From: Podarcis melisellensis
Lineage: Eukaryota
Direction: 5' to 3' (one strand)
DNA length: 64,000 nt
NCBI GenBank assembly: GCA_964234715.1
Contig: OZ174279.1
The translations under genes were made by a program, and so were the position numbers. The notes below the pieces were generated by a model. That model did no database searches. It had not been told where the DNA came from and worked only from the letters and a program-made list of their open reading frames with translations. This document shows, one piece after another, positions 52,500 to 64,000 of the stretch (the stretch's first letter is position 1; each line of letters begins with the position of its first letter).

Positions 52500-53150
52500 T
52501 TCTGCGGGGAGGACGCAGTAATAGCCCCCGCCACATTATGGGATGGAGGAACACCGCGGGGTGCGAGGGAGGACCAACAGCAAAAGGTGTCGATATTAGG
52601 GGAGTCCAGTCCTAAAGTGGGAAAAGGGCAGCAGGAGGAAGGCAAATAAGCTTTTTTTAGGACCCGATATAGGAAAATTTGGGGGGTGGGGAAGAGACAA
52701 GTTACCGGGCGCACGGCAGGGTCGTGCTGGCTCTGTTGCTTCCGCCTTCGCCGCTTCCGCCCGCCCCCAGCCTGGCCCCGCCCCTCCATGGCGAGGAATG
52801 CTGGGAAATGTAGTCCGTAGGGGGGGTATAGGAGTGCCTGCTCCGCAAGCGTCTTCTCATTCCATCGCGTTCTATCTCCTTGCCATGGCGGATGCCGTTC
52901 ACAGCGCCCACGAAACGACCAGTGGCATTCGCGCAGTCGGCTCTCCGTGCTGCCATCGACTGCAGTGCTGGGGTGTAACGCGGCTGGCAAGAGGCGCCTT
53001 GTGACTGTCCGGAACCTATAAAGCATTCCCACACACCCGCTCCCCGTGAATCACACGTGCGTTTCTGTCATCAGCGGGGGGAAAGCATCTGCATCTGTTC
53101 ACGCGTACTCTTTGCCATCCCCGAGGAAGCAGAAGGCGCGCTTCCGGGTA
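52500..53150 (-). promoter_or_regulatory. R3HCC1L: CpG-island promoter and probable first exon of R3HCC1L (donor CCG|gtaact, exon ends 52706)
   Basis: Densest CpG stretch in the window; GC boxes (about 52760-52784), ETS CGGAAG motifs, YY1-like CCATGGCG, ACTACA-SBS element; upstream of the R3HCC1L ATG on the same strand. Confidence 0.8.
52795..52814 (-). promoter_or_regulatory. ACTACA-SBS (ZNF143/THAP11-type) motif ACTACATTTCCCAGCATTCC
   Basis: Near-consensus ACTACAnnTCCCAnnATGC inside the CpG island. Confidence 0.8.
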
Positions 53151-54412
53151 TAGATTTGAGGAAAACTTGGTGTGCCCTCAGCACCCAAAGACAATCAAGG
53201 TATTTGGGTCGTGTGAAAGGTCCCACGTAGGTAAATCCTGAAGATGGGAGTTGTCATCTGGGCAGCCCAGGACCTCCATACGTTACCCAGACTTGCACTT
53301 TGGTGCTAATAACACAGTGGTTTTGACTTCACCCCCGGAGGCACACTTCATTGTCTATTGAGATAGATAAATGCCAACAATAGGCTTCTAAAAACACTAG
53401 CTTGGGGGATCATCACAAAAATAAATTCAACCCCCCCCCCAAAAAAAACCTGCTATGAAGCTGTTGCAGCAAAAAGCAACACTCCTGTGGCATCTTAAAG
53501 ACTGACAGGTTTATTATGACATACAGTAAACATGTTAGACTGTAAGACGCCACAAGTCTCTTTTTATATATATAAAGAGTCGGTAGGTCCCCATGGGCTC
53601 ACTTTCACCTGCTGCAGGTGGCAGAATTGGAGTGGAGGCGGAGAACCTTCAACTCAATCAATAGGCCATAACTTCAGTAAAAACATATTTAGGATTATTG
53701 TGAAATTTAGGGAATGCGTAATCGAGAGGAAAATATGGATGATTGGCAGAGAAGCTGAAGGAAGTCCAAAAAGAGATAATTTGTGAAAATTTGGATAAAA
53801 TTGTATATTTGTGTTGAAAAGTAATAAAAAATATTATTTTAAAAAGGATGATCGTGAAATTGTGATTTCTCTTTCAGAAATCTAAGTTGCAGGACAAAAG
53901 CCACACCTGTACCATTCCAATATTCTTCAGTGGTGTCTCTACTATGCACCCAGCCAGCTCCATTGGCAACTGCTGCTGAATAAATCACACCACTCCAGGC
54001 TACCTCACTGGTCTGTAAGGAGGGCAAATGCCACAAACCGGAACAGCTGCAGCAGTAGCATTTATTGTTCCAGAGTTACGTCCTAGTAAGCCATGTCTCC
54101 ATTCAACCAAAGTTCAAAGTACAAGACTAATTTCAACTGACAACTCCAGATACAACACCCCCCCCCCAGTTAAATCTTATTCTGACATTAGCCATGGGAC
54201 AGGGTCTTCTACAGCACCTGAGGACAGAAGGGTTGGGGTGGGGCAGGGTGGGCCACATGCCACACCTAGGTCTATAGGCTCCCTTTGTTTCAGTTGAGGT
54301 GACTCACTATTTCTTGGTAGAGCTGGCCATGGGTGTAAAGCCATCTAGGAGACCTACCCGAAACCTCCAACAATGGCCTTGCTTTGACTGTGACAAAATG
54401 TAGCGTCTAGAC

Positions 54413-54601
54413 CATAGCTGTCAACTTTCAGATTTGAAAATAAGGGATCAGCAGCCTCGAAAATAAGGGATCAGCAGCCTCACCTGTGCTGGGGACAGTC
54501 TACAGGATATCTAATAATTCGGGGTAGCAGCAGGAAGCAGTGGGAAACGGCGCTGGAATAAGGGGATTTCCCACACAAAAAAGGGAAGGTTGACAGCTAT
54601 G
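54413..54601. mobile_element. hAT MITE with internal 23-bp tandem duplication
   Basis: TIR CATAGCTGTCAAC/GTTGACAGCTATG; TSD GTCTAGAC/GTGTAGAC (7/8). Confidence 0.85.
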
Positions 54602-57414
54602 GTGTAGACACGTTATTGCCCCACCAATATTGCCACAAAATATATTATGTTCCCTAGTCCATGTCAACGATTAGTACTGAGGGTCAATTAAATAAGCCAG
54701 TTGTAACTGGGATTCCATCACATCCATGGGCCTGGCACTGTCACAATAAATAAATAAGCTGTTTGCTGTAATTGAATGATATATGGACTAGCTGCTTATC
54801 ATATATGGGCCAGGAAGTAGTCCCCTCTGCAAAAGGGGGCCTGGCTCATTAGCTTGAGTCTCCTTGAGCTATTTATCTTATAGGCTCCCATCTGTGATGC
54901 ATCCACAGGTGGTTTGTGGCACATTGTAAGCTGATTTTCTGGAGGCTGGTGGTTCTGCCTTGTACTGAAGCTTGTACCGGAAGCTTTTTTGATGTTTTAT
55001 GATGTGATGGAGATCTAGGGCATAAAAGACTGACCCATGTGGAATGCTAAGTCCCCCAGGTATTCAGGCTAAAAGGAGACTACCTTTTTCTCCTGAACTT
55101 CTTTTCTCTCTGAACACTTCTGTTTGACGCTGCTTATCTGATTCTGGTGAGCGTGTTCATGTGTAACTGAAGAATGGCAATGCCACATTGCAGTGTCACA
55201 CAAGCACCAACCGGCAGGATCTCTTGAGAACTGCCAAAGCTGGAAGGCTGATGCTGATAACAAGACACTGACAACACTGAAAATGCACATGTTTTGAGTA
55301 AAACGAGCCAACAGGGCGTGCGGCTGGGAGGCACACGTAGCCAAGATTTATGGGATTGTCAGGATCAAGCTCTGGGTTAAGACTCTGCGCAGAAGAGTTG
55401 CGTCTTTAACTTCCTTGGACCTTACCCGATTATTAGCTGAGAACCTCTGGGAGTTACAAATTACTGTGCTAAAGTCATCAGACCCATATTGTAGTTGGCT
55501 CACCAACAAATTGGTTTTTCTGGACCTTGGTAGAAGCATGCTGACATCTCCCAGTTGACATGCGCTTGGATCTACATGTTTCTTTTTGAGTCTAGAATCT
55601 CTGGAGTCTCCCTTTCCTGGAGATTTCAGCCATGCTAGGATTTTCCCCTGGTACCATAACACCTGGCTCCCTCTGAATCCACAAGATACAGTAGTTTTGT
55701 TCCTACAATTTCTACCTTTTTTGTTCTATTATTGTCGCTGGGCAAGTATACCTTGTGTGAACGAGAGATGTCCTACTGCTCCACAATCCTTTGTATCTTA
55801 ATCATATAACTTCTCTTATCAAACTCTGTTCCCGCCTCTACTGTCTCATATCCCAATGCTAGACCAGCCTCCCCATTTTGAACAAGGAGTTTCCCTTTTC
55901 CCATTCCTCATCTTGAACACCATCTTCGCCCTGACTTCCAAGGTTCAACAAAACCAGGGAACTGCCAGCTAATTGTACACACCTGGTGAAATGCAGAGTG
56001 CCACTTTTTATGGCCCAGGTCAACCAGTCAAGCCATACCTCAGGCCAGCAAACAAGGAGGGTGTTGGTGTTGTTCCTACACCACTGCTGTCTATAAACCT
56101 TCTGTTCCTTTGCCATGCAGACTCCCCAGGATTCCAGTTCTGATACTGTAATAACCTCCCTCTCTGTGACAGAGTGTTTATACATATAAGGTCCCAGGTT
56201 CCATTTCTCACTGTCTTCTCCAGTTAAAGGCAATCATTAGAAGAGTCTGAAGGAAGACTTTCCTGTCTGAGACCCTGTCTGGTGAACTGTGTAGGTTGGT
56301 CAGGACCATTTGGAATTAGGTCTTGTGTTATCACCTTTGGGTTTCTGTCTCAGTGTCAGAGGCCAGCCCTGGCCTATGTCTCTATGACTGAATCTCTGCC
56401 AGGCCGGGTGCCCCCAGTCCTTTCAGGAAAGGAGGTAGATGGGCTGACATCTTCATCACACAAGGAGGAGGCTGTGGAAGTGCCATTAAATCATGATTCA
56501 TTAACTCCCACTTCCTGGCCTGCCATGGCCCAGCTCTGAGGGACTCTACTTCAGCTTCTGGGGTCAATGCCTGCCATGACAAGGCATTTTCCCACACAGA
56601 GGCAAGGGTGCCAACAGGATTTTCTGGGCCCTGGACACCGCCAAGGGGCCAGTCGTGGGGCCTTGCTTACAGTGGATTTTGTGCACCAGTGTCCTCTGTA
56701 ACCACCTATCAGCAGCCCTGTCTTCAGGGCCAGAAGAATCAGAAGGACTAAACAAAGTGTCTATGGGAGAAGGACATACACAGAATGCCTTTTGAAATCT
56801 GGACTCTTCTCACCCCCAGCTCCCCCCAGAGTCAGTATAGGTCTTTTGGGTCCTTGTTTCCTCACCTCTTTACTTCCTACAACTTCAGTGCCCATGGGAA
56901 ACTGCAAATCACTTGAACTCTCCTAGAAATGTAAAGTAGGGATGTTGATATTCCAGTGTATTTATTTATTGAATAAATGTATGGATAAAAAAGTATAGCT
57001 TTAAAAGGCCTTTCTTTTGATATTTTTTGAATTGGACTCAGAAGTGTACAGACATTTTCATTTCTTTTCCAGTGTGTATTTGTTCCTTATTTGCTTACCT
57101 CCACCCTCAGAAAACTACTGCTCTGGTTTTCCGTAAGTGAGACTTGGTATGTTCTGTAGTGAAGAGGTGAGGAACTGTGGTGAACTGGTCAGCTCTGGTG
57201 GTCATCTTCACAGAGGTAGTGGTGCTAGCCTCCTTTGCATCATGCCCTCTGGAGCATCCTGGGTTTGGGATGAGCATCACTGCCATTCCTCAGGGAGGAA
57301 TGGACAGGTGGAGGATGGCAAATGCCTGAGAGAAACTTGCATGTTTCTCACATTGCCTGGGGCTCAGAATCCTGCATAGAGGAAGGGTCAGTGGTGGATC
57401 ATTCCTGTCCATTT

Positions 57415-57604
57415 GGAGAAGGGCTGTAGCTCAGCAATAGAGCATCTCTCCTTTGAATGCAGAATTCCCCAGCTTCAGTCCCTGGCATCTCCAGTTAGAA
57501 CTGGGAATGTCCCCTGCCTGAAACCTTGGAGAGCCTCTGCCAGTCAGTGTAGATAACCCTGGGCTAGATGGATAGTCTGACTTGGTATAAGGTGGCTTCC
57601 TACT
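57415..57604 (+). mobile_element. Squam2-like tRNA-derived SINE
   Basis: GGGCTGTAGCTCAG..AGAGCATCT head; GCCAGTCAGTGTAGA..GCTTCCTA 3' part. Confidence 0.75.
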
Positions 57605-58026
57605 TTTCTTGCAGTGGGGATCACCTGAACTCTTAAGTGCTGAAGAGCTGTGTGATTACCAGCATCATATGCAAATCCAGGGAGGGCATAAAAGTCCTCA
57701 GAGCAGCCTGGTTTTCTTACTGATGGAACAGATTCAAGGTGGGCATCTACATCACCCAGATTCCCATTCGCATAGGCAGTCATGCTGGAAGAGAACTACT
57801 GCATCTGTATGCTAGGCAAGGGGCAGGCTGGGTTTTTATTTCATTTTGCAGCGTAAGTTAATCTTGTTTCTCCCTTATCCTATCCAATTATCTCTTCTAT
57901 CATCAATAAACAAATTTTAATTTAGCATAATTGGACACGAGTGTGGTATGATTGAGGGCTGGGATATAGATTTGAAATAATCAACTTGGGAGGGTTTTGT
58001 CTCTTCAGAGGCAGCCTGCAGTCCAG

Positions 58027-58895
58027 TGTCAGGAGTCCCATGGAGGTGTCATGGAAGGGGGTGGTCAGACCCTGAAGAGGAGTGGCGGGAGCTTGGGGAA
58101 TTAGATCCGGAGGACCCTAGGAAGGGTCCTAGGAGGGTTGGGTTGCAGATTCCAATCCCCAAAAGATGTTTGATTCTAGGGAGGCTCTTCGTGGGTTAGG
58201 GGGTCATCCACCATCCAGAGGAGACTCAGGCATGTTCTCAGAAGTGCTTCCCATTGTCTCACCTCCAGACATGCAATCTTCAGCTTCTCCAGCCAAAGTG
58301 CTGCCTCTAGTGACTTCTCCTGTTACACAGGAGCTTCTCACTTCCAGGGAAGCAACTGGGAGTAGATCTGATGCTGAGCCAGCTCCAACCCCATCTCCAT
58401 TGCCTAAGATGTGGAGACACGAGTGCTGCCATGCACAAAAGAAACATTCACAAATAGATGTGGAAATGAGCAAACTGCACTTAAGGTTGGAAACATGAGC
58501 GACCCAGATCAACAGGTTCGTCCACCTTACTCGTAAACTACCACCATGGTTTTGGCTTAGCAATTTATCCATTGTAGGCTCATTTAAAGAGCTTAGATGT
58601 TGTTATTTTTTTTGGCTAAGAGACCCCCTACAAGGCTTGTGGCGTATTTTCTCTTCAGCGCAGTTTGTCTGCTTGGACTAAGGGTGCAGTTAGACCATTT
58701 CAGACTCTGGGTTTGTTGAGTCTTCTTTAGATGGTAATGTTTGCTTGACTTCCTTCGAAATGGGAAAGCAGCCAGGCTTGCAGCGTTTCTGGGCCCTCCT
58801 GAATATTCTGCTGAGTGGGGTCCTAGACCTCTGTCCCAAAGTCCTATCCTGTGTACACTACTGGTTTTGACCACCTCAGAGATAAGGTGCTGACA
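58027..58895 (+). mobile_element. Possible old solo LTR
   Basis: TGTCA...TGACA termini, about 870 bp, TATA-like TTTAAA; no clear TSD. Confidence 0.3.
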
Positions 58896-60823
58896 AGACT
58901 AGATCAGAGCTAGTCTTTTGGTGGGGGGCGGGGAGAGAAAGAGAAGGAGAGATTGTAATTGTTGTGATGAAAGACATATGCCCACGGTTACATGGTGATG
59001 TCCTTGAAGCCAGCACAAACAAGCTCCACATCTGCTTACGGGGAGCAGGCAGCAACCAAGATTCCTGTGTTGCTTAAAAACAATAACCTTAGAACAGGGA
59101 GTATACGGAAGAACCCTGGTGACATGCCTTCAATGTATATTCCACACCTTTGACATTTCCCCAACATGGTCATGGTAAAAGCTGTATGCAAAACATGTGC
59201 TTTACAATTGATGAGGAAAAATACACACTTCGTTATGCGTGCTTGGAAGCAGCAGCAAAAACTAGAACAATTCCCTCCATAATCAGTGAGCAGAGTGCCA
59301 CACCTAGTACCAGTTGTTCCCCTCCTATGGAACAAACACGCCCCAATAAAGCAGCTCTGGATTTATAAGACCAGAATAAAGATAGGTTTGCCATCTTGCT
59401 CTGTTTTAATGGGTTTGCTTTGAAGTAGCATGGGGTGGTGAGGGGGGGGCACTGTTTTGTCTTTATTCAACCTTACCAATATGCCTGGGTGTTTCTTTTC
59501 CCTCAAAATGCACATATGTTTAAGTAAATTAAAACATGCAGTTGAGCAATGACTTTGTTCCCCTGCGAAACGTAGCAGTGCTCATTAGGACAGCTGTGCC
59601 AGCTGTTGTGTCTCTGGGGGCCCCTGCTGTGGCCAATTTGAAGTGGTTCGGGGACAGGAGGAAGAACGTGCAGGATTCACTCCCTTACTGGATCACTCCC
59701 AAGTCGAGGGACCTGAGTCTAGGGAGCCGGAGATGTTTGTGTATTAGGTCCCCCCCCCCCTGCAGGCAGTAAAGTTAATTATTATTTGATTAATCTGTCT
59801 CTCGGGTAATGAAAGAGCAGTTATCGCAGCCTTGAGCACACAGCACCCTCCACCTGCTCAACACTTCCCTGCAGCCACGCCTTGTCTCTTCACCTCACTC
59901 ACCCCAACCCCCCAGGGCTCTAACCAAGCCCCCAGATCTGGTGTACGGTGCAAGCAGAGGTATTGCTTCTGAGCAAATTCCCCTTGACTGAGATCCTACG
60001 TTGGGGGGCCCATAAAAGTTTGCTTGGAAGCCAGGGTCAAATTGTGAGGGAGGGGGAGAGTGGGAGGCTGCGTCCAAACCAGCAGCATGAATTCACTCCA
60101 GGAGGGACAGGTCGCTCTGGAGCAAAGGATTAGGAAATGCAACAAAGAGGGTTCCATTATGATCCATTCAGAGGCTTCCATTGAGTTGCCAGCTTGGCAT
60201 CATCATTAGAGAATACACAGAACGCCTGCAGTGGGGGGAACTCCATGCCACACACTCTGCAGCACAGACACCAGGTGCCCTGTTGTGCATTCCGGCAGCA
60301 GCTAGCACAGGTGATCCTGGCCTGTGTGCTGTTTTGTGCTGTGTTTAATTTACTAAGCAGGGAAGTTTTACTGATGGAGGCGATAAGCTTCCATTTCTCT
60401 AGCAGAGAGAGGATGTAATAACGGCGATAACTCCTGCCCTTCGCTCCTGGGATATGAATGCCTCTTCAGCTCTTAATAATTCAACCTTGTATTTGCACAT
60501 GTACGTCAGGGCACAGACACACATGCATATACACACAAACATACACTCCTTTCATCCACCCACGGTAGTTTCAAATTCCAGCTCCAAATTCAACCCTCTT
60601 CTTGGTTCTTCTCATTACCGATCAAAGGAGTTTTGAATTATTTGGGGCTGACGCTGCCAGCACCAGTTCCTTTGGAGGCTTCACTGAAGATGTTCCCAAA
60701 TCCCATGGGGTACACAACTATCGTTCCCTCTACCTGTCTCTATCCCACCTCGCTCTTTGCCAGAATGATACCTGGATTCAGATACAGAACACTCAACGTA
60801 GGGGGTGATCTGGTCTCCCTTCG

Positions 60824-60963
60824 TAGAATCATAGAATTGGAAGGGACCACGAGGGTCAACTAGTCCACCCCCCTGCAACTCAGAAGTCTTTCACCCGACA
60901 TAGTGCTCAAACCCATGACCTTGAGATTAAGAGACTCATGCTCTACTGACTGAGCTATCCAGC
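60824..60963 (-). mobile_element. tRNA-Lys-derived SINE with CR1-like tail
   Basis: Reverse complement reads GCTGGATAGCTCAGTCAGTAGAGCATGAG...CCCTTCCAATTCTATGATTCTA. Confidence 0.85.
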
Positions 60964-62204
60964 TTGCATGCATGCCCTGCTTGCGGACTCTTCCCACAGG
61001 CATCGTACATGGAGGAGAGGGCTATCAAAGGCCAAAGGAAACCACACGAGGGGAGAGTGCTCTTGTGCCTCACCTAGTAGGACTCTTTGTGTGTTCTTAA
61101 CCTGTCAGTTGGAGCCACTGGGAACTACGATAAAGTCGGCACGAGGCTAATGGAGCCAACACAATACCTTTGTAAGCCGCAGGAACCCCTGGCACCAGGC
61201 ACCAGACAGCAGCAGTTAGGGTAGGTGTATATGTCATAACTGCTAAGCTGGGTTTCAACAGCCCAGGATCCTCACTTGGGCAGTAGCCAGAATTGCAAAG
61301 TCCCCAGCTCCCTGCTATTGGAGCTCAGGGACATCTTGCATCCAAAATACCCACGCACACACACTTTCCTGGGCATTATTTAGGACGGCACGATGCAAAT
61401 AGTGGAAGTAACAACAGGTGACGCTTCGTACAAAAACAGCTGCGCCGAGGAGAATTGCAAACCTCGAGATCTCTATTCTCCTTGTATGGTGCTTCAATTA
61501 TTCAACATTTAAAATGGGAGCCGCTGCCAAATGAATATCCCGCGACTTGTCACAACACATGAAACCCTGGCACAGCGTGAGGCGTGCAGCACCTGACACC
61601 TCCAGCTCCCCTGGCACTGCCAAACAAATACGGCTGGTGCCTTTGTTGCACTTGCTGTGGAGGGAACCCTGCTGTTGCTGGGATTGATTTTCCCATTACC
61701 TTTTAATGTCGCATATTAAAGCCATATGGATTCACTCCGTTACTCCTCTGCTTTATGAGCTTCCGGCAGGGCTGAACTGGCATTGCTGCGACTTTCCAGG
61801 GCTGCGTGTAGGCAAGGGTGCTGTGGGGGAGGGGGCGAACACGGGGCTGGAGGGACAGTGAAGGGACCGGGGCTAGTGCCAGACAGGTCCAGAACCCATG
61901 CAAGGCAGGCAGCGCTCTCCTGGGCAGATAGACTTAGGTAGCTGGACCAACAGATTGAAACTTAGGGCCAAACCAAAAAAGACGTGAGGGGGGATTCTGC
62001 TTAATTTATTTACCCCTTACCCCAAAATGAATGGGGAGCATAGGCACCAGTTCCTGGGGTCTGAGGCAGTTTCAGCCCCCCCAATGTTTTTCTTGAGGGC
62101 GCTGAACCCCCTCAGTGTTCAGAGGTTGTCTGGCTCCGTCCCCTGGTGGGCAGTACTGATGGAGAAACTCATTCATCTACCTCACCCCTGCTTTTATCCT
62201 GAAA

Positions 62205-62207
<3 letters not shown>

Positions 62208-62274
<67 letters not shown>
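62208..62274 (+). repeat. (TC)~33 microsatellite
   Basis: Direct reading. Confidence 0.95.
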
Positions 62275-62280
<6 letters not shown>

Positions 62281-62529
62281 TTCTCTGTACACACTATACA
62301 GTACCTTTAAAGAACATTTCCCTCTTCAAAGAATTATGGGCACTGTAGTTTTCCCCTCACAGTTACACTTCCCACCAACACTTAACAAACTACAGTGCCC
62401 AAAATGTGCTTTGAATGTGCTTTGAAGCTATAGCCCCTCCCATCTCTCTGTCAAAAAGCCATTCATGACAGGAATTCAGTGGTGCGTTGGTAAATGGTAA
62501 ATTTTGAAGTTGCAGTTCCCATAGAAACA

Positions 62530-62711
62530 CAGGAAGCCAGCTTAGGCCAAGTCAGACTATTGGTGCATTTAACTCAGTATTGTCTACACTGACTGGCAGC
62601 AGCTCCCCAGAGTACCAGGCAGGGGGCAGTCCCAGCCCTACCTGGAGTGATTGAACTTGGGGCCTTCTGCACACCAAGCAGATGCTCTATCACTAAGCTA
62701 TGGCCCTTCCC
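62530..62711 (-). mobile_element. Squam2-like tRNA-derived SINE
   Basis: Reverse complement reads GGGAAGGGCCATAGCTTAGTGATAGAGCATCTGC...GCTTCCT. Confidence 0.75.
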
Positions 62712-64000
62712 AAAACATCCATGGCCTCAAGTAGATGCCATAACCACAGTAGTGTAGCATGTGGGGGTGGGTGTCACAGGGGCAGTTGCCACGAGTGCAA
62801 AATGTCAACACGCAGTGTCACCTCAATGCAGCTGGGCGCTTCTGTTGCTGGGCTGCATTGAAAACACGTCTCCGTGGGAATCCGGAAGTGATCTCTCCGG
62901 ACGATGGAATGACTCTTATTTCTGCAGCTGTGATCTCCTGGGTGATGCAGACACCGTTAGGTAGCTGAATGCACATGTGTAGTCCATCCATTTCCTTTGC
63001 ACCCACCCACCTCCTCCATGCAACCCCGGGCACTGACAACCCACACTATGCCACTGCTTAGCCAAGGAGAGTCAGAAACTGTTCTTGTCCATTATGCAAC
63101 CCCTTCCCAAGAACAGCAGCTCCCGAAGAGCTGGCAGTCTGGAAATAGTAGTCCCACCTTTAGTTGGTGAGAGCGGATAACATGGTGAGTGAGGCCCATG
63201 CATCTGCAATGGGAGAAGCCCAAACTGAAAGCATTCCTGCACACCAGCAGTGCATCTGCTTCCAAAGAGTGGCCACACAGAGCACACATGCCGGGCATTG
63301 ACCTTTTTGTTCCCTGTCCCCCAGAATTCATGGAAGATCTCGCCCAGAAACATTTGGGTGGGTTATTGTGGTGCTACAGCTCATAAGGCAGATTGAGAAA
63401 CTCATAGGATTGTGAGAAATACGAGGTTAGATGCTCTCTCCCAGGAAAGTTCTGAAACTGATTTTTAAAAAGCCATTAGCAGCTAGTGCACAATTGCCTG
63501 TGGAACCTGCCACACTGAGAGCTGCAATGCAAATGGGGAAACTATGTGGAAAAAGAAAGAAGCAGTCAATGAGGCAACTGTCTGTGTCTGCAGTCCTTTA
63601 AGCACACTTGCATACGTTAGAATGAGATCAATAGGATATGCTGCCTGCCGTGCATTTTTCACACGATTCTTCCTTTACCGGGGATCTTAACTCAGGCTCC
63701 TTCAAGCATGCTGTGGTTCCATGTGGTCTTGGTTCCTCTTCATCCATCCACTTCTCCCTGCGTGGGTCTGAGAAAAGAATAAACGCTGCTGGGAAACCAT
63801 ATGTATTTTGCCTTTACAACAATGGGGAGGTTCAGACAGCTGCTTTGCTGCTTTAGGGAGCCTCGCAGTGATGATTCTAAATGTCTAGGGTGGGGAAAGA
63901 TTCGAAGTAACCACTTTAGTGGGCAGAAAACAAGGCATTTCTTCTGCAACGTGCATCATCCCTGCAGCCAGCACGTTACTGTGAAGCATCCAGCTCTTAA

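Overview
Vertebrate genomic DNA from a squamate reptile, most likely a lacertid lizard (inferred from a young Sauria SINE and the surrounding SINE/L2/MITE families). Two convergent spliced protein-coding genes are present. (1) LOXL4 on + strand: 13 GT-AG coding exons between 314 and the stop at 10609; the start codon and first half of SRCR1 lie upstream of the window. (2) R3HCC1L on - strand: 6 coding exons from ATG 35049 to stop 19694 (766 aa), with a CpG-island promoter at about 52.5-53.15 kb carrying an ACTACA-SBS (ZNF143/THAP11-type) motif. The tail-to-tail LOXL4/R3HCC1L arrangement matches human synteny. The rest is intron or intergenic DNA with tRNA-derived SINEs, L1/L2/CR1 fragments, hAT and Tc1/mariner MITEs (several with readable TSDs), microsatellites and short tandem duplications. 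Most ORFs in the supplied track are spurious. I found no convincing novel multi-gene system. The best leads are: a degenerate 19-aa repeat array in the R3HCC1L giant exon; a possible spliced in-frame N-terminal extension of R3HCC1L with an NLS-like RKRRRRK; MITEs carrying the same ACTACAnnTCCCA core as the promoter; a perfect intronic hairpin; and an E-box/TATA cassette in a LOXL4 intron.
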